Positions 38,811 through 50,059 of a stretch of DNA of 64,000 bases are shown here, piece after piece. Numbering within the stretch: the stretch's first letter is position 1; every line of letters begins with the position of its first letter. The position numbers were made by a program, and so were the translations under genes. This stretch comes from Marsupella aquatica (lineage: Eukaryota > Plantae > Marchantiophyta), in assembly GCA_973895155.1 (NCBI GenBank), contig OZ316891.1, positions 15,779,037 through 15,843,036 of the forward strand, written 5' to 3'. The notes under the pieces were generated by a model. The model ran no database searches. It worked only from the letters and a program-made list of their open reading frames with translations, and had not been told where the DNA came from.

Positions 38811-39886
38811 AAGGAACTATATCTAGACTCAACAAAGGAGTGATTTTTGAGGTTTTCACTGCCCATTCCTTGGTTGCTTCCTTCATCATAACGGCATGCC
38901 TTTGGGAAACCTCCTCGACCGACCAAGGGGTACCGAGGGCCGCAGCGGACTCCATGTCAATCTTGAACTGGTTCGAATACAACTTAATCTTATCCTGACA
39001 TAGAATGTACACAAGAGCCTCCTGAGGCATCTTCTTTGTGAGGATCCTTTCCGCGTCTTCATCCTCATATGCTCAAACTTCTTGTAATTTGCAGGGTCGA
39101 TGAGCTTACTATAGTACTCCAGGTTGTGCATCAAGATCCGCTTAATTCAAGGCGTCTAGGATCCAGGAGGGTTCCACAACGGCTTGTCCAAGCCTGAAAT
39201 AAAAGAACAAAATGAGAAGAACATATAAGCAGCGCCGGGCGCTCGTAAAACATGGCCTCGAAAAGTTATGCTAGAAAGAATTAACAATTCACAATGACTC
39301 ACAAAGTTATGAACAAAAGAGTATCTTACAGGTTAATGGTGTGCATAGCCGCTTTGATTTCTATCAGCAAACCCTTGTCCCCATTGAAAACAGTACAAAG
39401 CACACGCGGGTGGTACTTTGGGTTTTCGGGACTCTCCTGAGTGACAAGAGTCCACGAGTAAAGCCTATGGTTCCCGTAAAAAACGGAGAACATTCTATCC
39501 TTCAAAACCAGAAAATCTGGGTCGGCAGCACATTCTTCCTCGAATTTCTCGTTCTCAAATGTCCATATTGGATCCCAACTATCACAAATTTCTTGAGTAC
39601 ATGTGAGAAGCACTCCCTCAGCATCGGTAGGCTGAACATAAAACCTCATTCCAATCAAAGAATTGTATCCCATGCTACGGAAAGAGTCTTTCAGCTTGTT
39701 GATGGAAGAGCTATCTTTGTGCAGAGTTCGGACAACCTCCATATGCACCAACCGACATAGTGGAATTCATGGAGGCTCTTTGTCAAACCCTCTGAAATCC
39801 TTCCCAAATGACATGACATGTTTTGAAATAAGATCGGTCTCGGAAAATGAAACATCTTGAATTGCAAATGCGTCAAGATTCTCCAT
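38811..39886 (-). pseudogene. ParB/Sulfiredoxin-like domain protein, TE accessory gene, degenerate and 3'-truncated
   Basis: One frame with a single stop near 39767: IPLCRLVHMEVVR..INKLKDSFRSMGY..FYV...FSVF(Y)GNHRLYSW; GT-AG intron 39194-39329; downstream exon carries stops or frameshifts. Confidence 0.6.
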
Positions 39887-42800
39887 CTTCTTTCTCGCTG
39901 GCTTGGCAAACAAAATACCAAAGATTGGAACAAGCAATGCGTTGGACCTCGTTACTTGACGTGTATACACTGAACCAGAGAATGAAGACTCAGAAGACTT
40001 GCAATACCCACAATCCCAATCCCCAACCACACTATACCCCCTCGACAAGGAGGGGACTGCATCCATCGTCTTTATGATGAAAGGTGTACAAACGGAATTC
40101 TCACGACTGATTACCAGTTCTTTGTACCATATTAACAGTTGCGTCCGTATTATATCCGATCAATGAGCGCTATTCCCCTCTTTGTAATCGGTTGGAGAGA
40201 CGTTACTCATTGTGAACGACGAGATTCAATATTATTTATCTGTCACAAAAAGCGACAATTTAGAAATTTTGATAAGTATTAATGTGAATTACGCTAAAAT
40301 GTTGGCATGATCATCACGCTGAACAATAGTTACCATTAAATGTTACCGTTGTCTCAACACCTTTCAGAGAGACATGCAATGCCAGCGCCGGGCGCTAACA
40401 AAGAAGTGACCACTAAAAAATCAAAAACTCATTGGTGAACAAATGCTAGCGCCCAGCGCTAGCCATTTGAATAATTTGATTAACGTTCTATTTTAGTACC
40501 AAATATTGTTAACAAACTTCCAAATGTACTCGTTTCAACTGTAGTAACTAAACTTTACTTGATATTATGGTATTAAGTATATTGTATCAATAATAGCGCC
40601 TGGCGCTAGTACCAATTTACTGTATTTGAACTTAAAAATGCTTGTGATGCAATATTTTGAAAAAAAATTCATCAATATTTTGTGTATGATTATGCTAGCG
40701 CCAGGCGCTAGTCACAAGACTTTTCAAATTAAGTCATTGTTATTCAAATGATTTTTAGGTAGCACCTGACGCTAATGAAATGGACGCACTTGTATAGGCT
40801 ATTATCGAGTTGTACTCATGTAATAAATATTCTTGACACCCGCACTTGCCAGGCAAAAAGGAAAAATGTCTCATTTATGATTCCAACGGACGCAAAGTTG
40901 TGCGTGTTCTTTATCGTATTGAAACGTCTCTTTTAACGGCCGGTGGTCCCTGAAGGGGTGGTATAAGCAACCAATACGGTCGAGATTGGGTTAGTGCATG
41001 AATTTCCTCTGGCCTTCACTTCATTCATCTACAATGTCGCGCTCAATTGTTATTACACGTGCTTGTACCGGGGACATCGTCAAGGTTCCCGTGCAAGTTT
41101 CTGATACTTACAAGCAAGTAAGCGAGACCTACCTGTGCGGGAGATTTGATTTGAGAATGAATGACATTGAGTCAATTGTTCCTGAGGAGTCAACAAGTGG
41201 AGGACTTGAACGTGCTGCAACATTTGATGTGGATGAGGGAATACGTTTCTGGCACACGAATGTCGGACTTTGTTACACGCTTCATGTCAGACTTACTCCT
41301 CTTCAATCGGTTGTTGAGAACATTCCGTCCCAGGTTGTTGAAATATCTGAGAGTGAAGATGAGGATGTTGCGCCCAATCCTCCTGATAAGCGCAAAGTTC
41401 CAGACTCTAGTTGCCTTAAGAGTGAACCGGTGGCCACCTCTGGAGGTGTCCATAAGGTTTACCGGCGAAGTGCAATGGATGCCTTACTCAAGGCCACGGG
41501 CCATAGTGAACTGTCAAGATTTATCTCGGCAGGGGACTTCCAACACGATCAAGTTCCTTGTTTGCCAAACAAGTACAACGGAAATGTTGTATTTGAATTG
41601 CCTCCCATTGTGGGAATGAAATCCAAAGGATCTAGACTTCATGACATGGACCGTGTCAAAGATTGTTACATTTGGACCAGGATTTTTCCGACAACCGCAA
41701 ACGTGCAACCAAAGAAACACTGGGAGTTTGGTAAGGTCACTTGTACTGGGTTTGTTGAGTGTAGGAACAAGTCCTGTGAGTACTTTCGGCGAAAGAAGAG
41801 ATGCAATTCAAAAGCCTGTGCTGGTACCCCTAAGCTTAGTGGCCAGCATGTGGTGGGTTCGTTCATTGAAGAGGGTGGTATAGTATGTCACTATTGTGAA
41901 CAGATTCCTTTTTGTGTGGACTCTTGCCCTGCTCGCTTGTTCTATATGTATCCACAGGTCCTACTTAATACAGAAACCTGTAGTCACATGTCTCGGCTCA
42001 CGGTTCATATAGGTGAACATAACCATCTGAGTAGAAAAGTTTTCTCGAGGAGCGCTGAAAAGATGGCCGAGGACTTAATAAAAAGAAATCATGAAGCCAA
42101 TCCTCTTGTAAAACCGGCTGGGATTTTGAATTCCGGGACTGGTTCGCTTGTGAAAGCTCTTTGCGAGAACGTTGACGACATCGTAGATATTGAAGAAACA
42201 GAAATTTGGAAGTCTCTCATGGTTCTATCTACTCCTCGAAAATTTGCATCATTTTGTCATAGCGTTCGAATGGACCAGGCTGGTCGTGGTGAGTTAGATT
42301 TCCTAGCTCGAATGCAAAGGTCAAATAATATTTCTTTCCTCCAAAGGTATCTTTTGCCGGGTCAGGGTTGTTTAGTAGATCGGCCCCACATATTCAAAAT
42401 GTCAGTCAAGGGTCATGGATCTGGTGTAGATCTTCTACGGTAGATGCAACCGGGCGGAAGACTGGAAGGGGCTTGGGTGAGTTTTGATGTCATGAAGCGA
42501 GTGACAACCAACTGATTTACTTTCAGTGCACACGTTTACGATCACAAATTTTGAGCTCTTTGTACAATATTCACATGCAAACTAAAAGCTGAAGACACAG
42601 AGTCCTTTGAGAAGGCATGGAGAATTATGATTGAGGTTTGTAAGGGAAATGGGTTACCTGAGGTTGTCATTCAAGGTTTTATGGCCGACAATGCTCAGGC
42701 TGGATGGATCGCCGTTTGCAATGTCTTTTTTGGAGGTCACCCAGACCCTGAACGTGAACGCTCCGATGCATTCCACTTTTACCAGTCTTTCCATTGACAT

Positions 42801-43248
42801 TCCACGGAGGGAGTACTGGAGGGTAGCCAACCTCAACATCAAAGACTCTGGGAGAAATTGCGAAATGCTCCATCGTTCGTTGCGGCGTACCAAGTTTCTA
42901 GGGAGATTGTGTTGTGGTGGCAAGCAGGCAACTGTGTACCAGGAAAACTGATGATGTTGCAAAGTTGGATATCATGGTGGGTCGTTCGATGGCGTCAGTG
43001 GGGTAATTTCATTCGCGTGGTAAGTTTTATCAATGCGTACAATAGTCACTTCTTAGTGTGTTTATACTAGCGCCTGGCACTGCTTTAAACTGTATAGATA
43101 CCAACATTATATTATTATATCATACACATTGCTAGCGCCTGGCGCTGCTTTAAACTGTACAGATAACTTTGCCACATTGATGGCTTAGGAACACTTGATA
43201 ATACCAAATTACATTAATATATCATATACATTGCTAGCACCTGGCGCT
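39231..43248. repeat. Dispersed palindrome AGCGCC-N-GGCGCT, 9 copies
   Basis: Copies near 39231, 40384, 40445, 40594, 40695, 40760, 43067, 43134 and 43236; all intronic or intergenic. Confidence 0.92.
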
Positions 43249-44574
43249 GCTTAAACAAATTCACTAAAGTTGGTTTGGATCGACTTCATTGCAGAGCAAA
43301 AGCGCAGAAGAAGGTGCCCTCATTCCAAACTGTACAGGTTCTGAGTCAAGGCACGCTTCAATGAAAGCATGGGCAACCAAAAACATGGTGGGTCTCTTCA
43401 AAGCATGCGAAGTTGATCAAAATCGAGCTATATCTCAAGTTGCGGGTTATAGTGCATATCGGAAAGGACTCAATAGAGGGAAGGGGCTAACTATCTGGGA
43501 ATTAGCATTCCGTTTGGCAGACCAAGCAGGTTCACCCAAGTTATTCAAAGAAGCCACTAACATGATTCTTTCCAACTCTGCCGATTTTGATCTGGGTAGG
43601 AATTCTCCTCTGAATTAAGATATCGTCACCAAATTGGTTAAGAGGAAGGGACTTGCAACTGGGATTGTCTTGCCACAAGATTCCCATCGGCATGACACCA
43701 TTCTCATCACTACCCCAAATACTTGAGGATTCAAACGAAAGAATCTCAACAACACTGAGTTCACTTCCATTCCACCAATGTAGTAGATCCTGTAGTAGAC
43801 CTCTATGGGAGTGACACTTCAACGAGTGAAAGCGATTCCCTTGCAAACATCCCTGAAGCCACGAGGGAAACAACATCATCTCAACCACCACGCAGTTCCC
43901 CTGCTGTGCTTCAACGGTTGCCGACAGAATCAGCTTCTTTGGAAATGGACGTTCCAAGAGGGAGCTGGCATTTGAGACGGACGGCCAAATATGGGGTAAG
44001 GCCACAGTGTAATGGGACCTTGCATGGAAATTCTGACAGAGATGAGTGTCAAAATCGTGTAAGAAAGTAGGGTTCCATTTTGCTGCTGGTGTTGTTGGCA
44101 TTGTTGTCAGCGGACATTGCATTTTCAGAGGAACGCCCATTGCCAAAATGATATGGTTCTGCCCAAACAGCACATGCTACAAGAGCCGCCCGCGTCGTGG
44201 TGTTGAACGCCTTCCTCTTGTACCGGACATCCTGCCAGTTGTGAAAGGAACAAACCTCTCGCCTGGCGAGATAGAGTACCTTCAAGCGCAGGGAGTCTCT
44301 ATGTCCAAACAGCTGCGACCTCTCAAACTCGAACTGCACCTGTTGCATTCGACTTGAGAATCAATGTAAACGTATTTCCAGAGAAAATCAATTTTGCGGA
44401 GCCCAACGTGCGCCTTCGTAGCAGGAATGGGAGGAACTCCAGACCTCGCTCTAATCTAATTGTGGCTCACAATAAACAAATGGAGTCGGCTAGAAAAGAA
44501 GCTATGACTCTGGATGGAGAGTGGGATGTGATTAGTGGAATTGCTTTTGGAAAACAATTCAGAATACGGACTCA
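41034..44574 (+). pseudogene. Mutator-like (MULE) DDE transposase with an N-terminal Cys/His (WRKY/GCM1-like) domain, decayed and interrupted by a CACTA
   Basis: CTGFVEC..C...CHYC...CPAR...HIGEHNH; after the stop at 42441, WVSFDVMKR...GFMADNAQA...RSDAFHFYQS (MULE D..D..xFH); intron about 43020-43294; several stops. Confidence 0.72.
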
Positions 44575-45666
44575 CACTAGTAGAAACCGGGGTAATTTAG
44601 ACCATACCTTATAGGACTAAGCCCACTAAGTCCTTCTTCCATACTTTAAATGACTTGCACCCATTGCCAAGGTTTTGTTAAAGACTATAAAAGACTTTGA
44701 GTGTTTTCCGGTTTAGTTAAAGACTATGAAAAGTAACCTTGCTACTTTGTGAAGGGTGAACACTCTAGGACATCATGGGTTTTGTTCTTGGAATCACTCT
44801 AAAGGTCCACACAAAGACTAGTATAAGACAAAGTCTTACAAGGGTTCATGATAAGAGTATACTTAAGAAGGACCGGGCGACATCCTACTTTTGGGCCTAA
44901 GTGCTTAAGGACATGCCTTGTATATATCACCAACCTTAACTAACATTGCACCATAAATATCCATGTAACGGGTACTTTTCATAACTTAGGGTACAACTGT
45001 ACTGGAGGGCTTAGGGTGGTTTCTAACCAGAACCGGAACTAATGCATCACTATAACCCTAGCTAGGTACAACTCCCACACCATGATATATTCCGCATTGC
45101 CAACTAGTGTTGTTTTGACAGGGTCATGGGCACTAATTGACACAATGAACAGTCCACATGTTGTTGGATCTGAGTGTAAATGATGGTGCCTTTTGATCCA
45201 AGATTAATTCCACAAGGGGGGGGGGGGGGAGGGTTAGGGGGGCCCACAACTAATTAAGTGGCCATGACTTTGTCACCAAAGGGATTTATTTAAAGTTATC
45301 CTTAACCCTCTTTAGTTTTGTGTGTTGCCTAACACTCTGGCGCAAACGTACTTATTATGCTCAACGGGTCACCTCAACGGAAACGAGCTTACATGACTGC
45401 TTGCACTAAGTATTGGGTTAGGGTGAGTGTGCTTTGGTCATTAGGTGATTATTGGGTTTTTGTGAAGGGAACTATCGAGTACTTGCGCCCATGTGTTCGG
45501 GCCCCATTGTGCGACAGAACATTGTGCTTTGCTTCTATGAGTGGAGCATACGAGTAGGGTTTAGGGTTAACATTTTGCGAGGGAAGCTGGGAGGCGATTG
45601 TAGTCAATTGTTGCCATCCACTCCTGCGAGCGCTTTTGACAGTTCTACCTGCATGCCCCTTACAAT

Positions 45667-46038
45667 TGGTAATGGTAATGGTAATGTATTATAAGCTCCG
45701 GGACCATGAAAGTCAAAGGAGCTGCCACAAAAAGTAAAGTACAATGCAATCAAAGAAAAGAGCAACCAAAAGAGATTGCTCAGAAGAGGACAACTATGTC
45801 CTCAAAGAAACTATGGACCTAGAGAGCCCTATGGACCTAGAGAGCCCTGAAAGATTTTCCAAACCTATTCTCCTTTCCCTATCCACCGCAAAGATATATC
45901 TTCCAAGTTGTTGAGGGGGCAGACCAAACAATGCATACAAATCTTTCACCAAGATTTGAGATGCCATCCTAACCCCCTCATAAAACTTGCAAGCAATGAA
46001 TACATGATATTCATTCTCTATACTAGAGCTATCACATA
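45667..46038 (-). mobile_element. 5'-truncated RTE-X-like LINE 3' fragment (variant with an 18-bp duplication)
   Basis: Matches the LINE 3' end plus (CCATTA)n tail; CTATGGACCTAGAGAGCC is duplicated. Confidence 0.95.
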
Positions 46039-46165
46039 TGGTAATGGTAATGGTAATGTATTATAAGCTCCGGGACCATGAAAGTCAAAGGAGCTGCCAC
46101 AAAAAGTAAAGTACAATGCAATCAAAGAAAAGAGCAACCAAAAGAGATTGCTCAGAAGAGGACAA

Positions 46166-49100
46166 CTATGTCCTCAAAGAAACTATGGACCTAGAGAGCC
46201 CTGAAAGATTTTCCAAACCTATTCTCCTTTCCCTATCCACCGCAAAGATATATCTTCCAAGTTGCTGAGGGGGCAGACCAAACAATGCATACAAATCTTT
46301 CACCAAGATTTGAGATGCCATCCTAACCCCCTCATAAAACTTGCAAGCAATGAATACATGATATTCATTCTCTATACTAGAGCTATCACATAGTTGACAA
46401 ACCCTCTTTTTCCTGTCAATATCCTTCCATCTCCCTTGTTCTACTTCAAGGTGGTGTGAGCTTAGTCTATACTGAGCAATAAGTTGTCTAAGTTGTACTG
46501 AGATAGTGCTAGATAAGTATTCTTGTTCTCGATATTTCTTCATATACCACCCTTTAGCTGAAGATGAGCGCAAGGCATGAAAAGGAAATCTGTTTTCTTC
46601 CAACTCTCTTACACGCATGATGTATTTGAGTGTGTGGAAGAGTGCCTCCACCTCCAAAGGAAACAAGCCTGCCTCTGCAAGTGTAAGTGTATATGGGGTT
46701 TGTGACTTGATCCCAAGCTCCATCTCAAGAAATAGCTTTTGCAGCCCCTCAATCTGTTGCCACCCAGATTTAGACACACCTGCTCCCCAAATTGGTGCTC
46801 CATAAAGAATGACTGGTTTCACCAAAGCTCCAAAGAGATGTTTCCTTAACCTCCAAGTGTGTAGACCAGCTCTTTTGCATTTGTTCATGAATGCATAAAA
46901 AGCTCTGTACCCATTGGCAGCCCTAGATTTTACACATGAGGCCCAACTCAAGTTTTGAGAGAACTCCACCCCAAGGTATTTGTAGGTCCTCACAAATTCC
47001 ACCAGATTCCCTTGGAAGTAGAGCTCTGGATTTTGTCGTGTGCCAATGCCCAAACACTTGGTCTTCTTGAGGTTGACTACCATCCCTGTTGCTTGACAAA
47101 ACTCCTCCAAGGCATTGAGATGTCTTTGCAAAGCTTCTTGAGCATGAGCAAGTAGGACCACATCATCTGCAAATATAAGAAGTTGGAGGACAAACCTACC
47201 CAATTGAGTGCCAACTCCACCATGCTCCTCCAAAATGTTGTGTAGCTGATCAATGAAGATGCCAAAGAGAGTTGGTGAGAGAGGACAACCTTGGATCACC
47301 CCAAGAGTGCTCCAGATTTCTTCAGAGGTTTCCTTTGAAAGTTTGATGCGCACTTCTTGGTACAATTTAGAAACAGCCAACCTGAGCTCTTCAGGCACTT
47401 CCAACTCCACCATCCTATCCCAAAGCTTGGATCGGGAAACTTTGTCAAAGGCCTTGGAGAAGTCCACAAACAAGCAAAATAATGGTTTATGTGGAGATTT
47501 GGCCTTTTCACACAACACCCTCAAGCAGAGAATGTGATCCATAGTGCTGAATTCTCTCCTAAAACCTGCTTGTGAAGGTGCCCTTTTCATCTCACTCTCC
47601 AACCAAGAGCTTAATCTGGCTTCAAGTAGTCCTCCCAAAACTTTAGCAAAAGTATTGCCTACCATGATGGTTCTGTAGTTGTGCACATCGTCCTTGTTGC
47701 CTGCCTTGAAGATAGGCACCACTCTTCTGGTCATCCAAGCTTTAGGTAAACCTAAAGCCATTGCTTGATTCAGCTCATGCACCAAGTTTGTTAGTAAAGA
47801 GGGTCCTCCCCACAAAAGAAGCTCCAAGTTCAGGCCCAACAGATCTTTAGCTTTCCCATGTTGCATGTGGGAAAGATGCACCTTCACCTCCCTCTCTGTA
47901 AACTGAATGGTGTCCCCAAGGGGCAAAGGCATGCCACTAGCATCTGGAAAGAAATACAAGGATGTGACATAGGTTACCAGGTCCTGGTGATCCAAGGGGG
48001 GAGTAGTCTTGCCTGATTGCATTCTCTCCCAAAAACGTTTTGGATGTTTGATGAACTCCTCACATAGTGATTGTTGATGACTCTTCAAGAAGCACCTCTT
48101 CTTGTGTTTGATGAAGTTCTTGTACATAGTGAATGCCAAAAATCTCTTTTCCCCTGAATGTGATCTTGCTTGCATCCTTGCTCTAGCACAATCCTCGTCA
48201 AACCAAGCCTTCATGTTTTGCTTTCTAGGGGGTTTGGTGGAGAAAGTAGAGGCTGCTGCTTGTGCTATGACTTCTGAGAGCTCAATCTGATCATCCAGGG
48301 TATGGAGAAGATGTTCAAAGTTGGCTTTGAAGATGACTTCTCTATCAGGGTCTAGAAACAGAGGTTTGGGTACTGGCTTTCTATGCACTTTGTTTGGGAT
48401 TGTGGTCAGGTCAAGATGGAACAACAAAGGCAAGTGTGAAGACTCTGGTTGTTGATCAAGTATTTGAAAGTCAACCACTCTAGTGGCAGAGGTAGGTGAG
48501 GCAAGAAGGTAATCAATGGTACTACATCCTTGTTTAGATCTAAAAGTGTAACCAGATGATTGGGGAAATCTCTCAAGCCCATTCAATATTCTTAGATTAC
48601 AAGAAGCTCCCAAATGCAAAAAGTGACGTGTCATGTCATTTGTTCTGGTGTCAAGAGCCTCTCTCACCCAAGGTATCTCTTCACTACATGATGACCAAGG
48701 TAAAGTTCCTAAGTCCTCACTTTCAGTAAATTGTTCATTAGATACCCTGGCATTAAAGTCCCCCACTATCCATGTCTCCCCTAGTGGTGATATATCATGA
48801 ATGACTTGGATTAACCTATGAAATGGATAATGTACATCAGCAATTCCCATCTTATAGACATTCATATTAAGGGGAGCAAAGTAGGTGACAATCAGAAATG
48901 ATGGAGTACCTCTGGTATGAAGTCTCACCACCATGAACTGCTTGCTGGGATCTTCATGTTCAATAGAGGTGATGTGTTGAAGTTGATTCTTGGTGTAGAC
49001 AGCAATGCCTCCAAACCCTCTTCCCCGTGTGGTCTTCTTCTCATTGAAGATGGATTGTATGCAAGTAAAGCCTTTAATGCTAGGTAGAGCATTTCCCTCA

Positions 49101-49210
49101 TATTCCCAAGTCTCCGTGAAAAGCAAGATGTCAAAATTCTCAAACAAAGGTTCCCCTCCAATTGCTGTTTCTATGGAAAGTCCTGAAACATTCCATGCCA
49201 TGACTCTCAA
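46166..49210 (-). CDS. LINE ORF2: APE endonuclease, reverse transcriptase and C-terminal CCHC; 53-aa in-frame deletion
   Basis: PIFKAG, NYRTI, QAGFR, FVDFSKAFD, QGCPLSP, FADD, YKYLG; C-terminus RLSSHHLEVEQGRW..CQLC..ENEYH..C as in RTE-X-like LINEs. Confidence 0.95.
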   Translation of the reverse strand: MRVMAWNVSGLSIETAIGGEPLFENFDILLFTETWEYEGNALPSIKGFTCIQSIFNEKKTTRGRGFGGIAVYTKNQLQHITSIEHEDPSKQFMVVRLHTRGTPSFLIVTYFAPLNMNVYKMGIADVHYPFHRLIQVIHDISPLGETWIVGDFNARVSNEQFTESEDLGTLPWSSCSEEIPWVREALDTRTNDMTRHFLHLGASCNLRILNGLERFPQSSGYTFRSKQGCSTIDYLLASPTSATRVVDFQILDQQPESSHLPLLFHLDLTTIPNKVHRKPVPKPLFLDPDREVIFKANFEHLLHTLDDQIELSEVIAQAAASTFSTKPPRKQNMKAWFDEDCARARMQARSHSGEKRFLAFTMYKNFIKHKKRCFLKSHQQSLCEEFIKHPKRFWERMQSGKTTPPLDHQDLVTYVTSLYFFPDASGMPLPLGDTIQFTEREVKVHLSHMQHGKAKDLLGLNLELLLWGGPSLLTNLVHELNQAMALGLPKAWMTRRVVPIFKAGNKDDVHNYRTIMVGNTFAKVLGGLLEARLSSWLESEMKRAPSQAGFRREFSTMDHILCLRVLCEKAKSPHKPLFCLFVDFSKAFDKVSRSKLWDRMVELEVPEELRLAVSKLYQEVRIKLSKETSEEIWSTLGVIQGCPLSPTLFGIFIDQLHNILEEHGGVGTQLGRFVLQLLIFADDVVLLAHAQEALQRHLNALEEFCQATGMVVNLKKTKCLGIGTRQNPELYFQGNLVEFVRTYKYLGVEFSQNLSWASCVKSRAANGYRAFYAFMNKCKRAGLHTWRLRKHLFGALVKPVILYGAPIWGAGVSKSGWQQIEGLQKLFLEMELGIKSQTPYTLTLAEAGLFPLEVEALFHTLKYIMRVRELEENRFPFHALRSSSAKGWYMKKYREQEYLSSTISVQLRQLIAQYRLSSHHLEVEQGRWKDIDRKKRVCQLCDSSSIENEYHVFIACKFYEGVRMASQILVKDLYALFGLPPQQLGRYIFAVDRERRIGLENLSGLSRSIVSLRT

Positions 49211-49222
49211 GGTCCCAATCCA

Positions 49223-49996
49223 TCATTTAGAAACAACTCTCTTCTTATTGGTAACAACAGCTTGTCCATTGCGCAAGTAGGCTACCAATCCTTGGTCTTT
49301 GGCTACCCTCACCTTCTCAAGCTCAATTTTCCTTGCTTGGACTTGTGTGGGAGTCAGATCATCATCCAACCAAATCCTTAGCCCTTTAAGCATGCTCCTG
49401 TTAGCCATCACTCTAGCTTTCTCGGATTCAGCTGCAAACTTCACCAAGATTGGACGTGGAAGGTCCCCCTTCTTTTGCCCAATCCTATATGCTTGCAAAA
49501 TGATAGGGTCATGCACTTTCATCTGAGATTGGAAGAATGAAATTGCTACCTTCTTGGTGTCTTCCTTCTCCTCCTCAACAAGGCCTGATATTTTGCAGTT
49601 GCTGACTCTTGCATGCTGGTTCTTGTGTTCTTCTTCTAGTGCTCTCCTCTCCTCCTCCTTGGCTTGGACAAATTCCATATGTGATTGTTTTGCAGCCTGT
49701 GCAAAGGTTTTGAGCTTCTCCTCAATCTCCCCTACAGCCTCATGTATCACTGATTTCTGTGGGCACATACTCTTCTCCATGTCTCCAAAACACGATGCAA
49801 GCAATGAGAGTTGCTTACCATTCTCCTGAGTTTGAGATCGAAGATCACTAATCAACCTCTTTTGCTTGACATTCTCATTCTTTAGCTCCATCACCTCCTT
49901 GCTGAGCGTGGTAATCTCAATTGCGGAGTTTTCAGCCACAACTAAGATTTTCTCAAGCAAAGCCTTGAGATGGGCAATCTCCTCCGTTGCCATCAC
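49223..49996 (-). CDS. LINE ORF1 protein, 257 aa
   Basis: Identical translation to 2922-3695. Confidence 0.85.
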   Translation of the reverse strand: MMATEEIAHLKALLEKILVVAENSAIEITTLSKEVMELKNENVKQKRLISDLRSQTQENGKQLSLLASCFGDMEKSMCPQKSVIHEAVGEIEEKLKTFAQAAKQSHMEFVQAKEEERRALEEEHKNQHARVSNCKISGLVEEEKEDTKKVAISFFQSQMKVHDPIILQAYRIGQKKGDLPRPILVKFAAESEKARVMANRSMLKGLRIWLDDDLTPTQVQARKIELEKVRVAKDQGLVAYLRNGQAVVTNKKRVVSK

Positions 49997-50059
49997 AAAG
50001 CTGAAACTGTTGTTAGAATGTACTCTTAGACGACAAATAGAAATTGGGAGCAGTAGAGG

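Noticed and set aside
43541-44173. 210-aa minus-strand ORF
   Set aside because: Antisense shadow of the decayed MULE coding region
10761-44593. TIRs at 10780 and 44575 as the ends of one element
   Set aside because: They face away from each other and their flanking trinucleotides differ (ATC vs TCA), so they belong to two related elements
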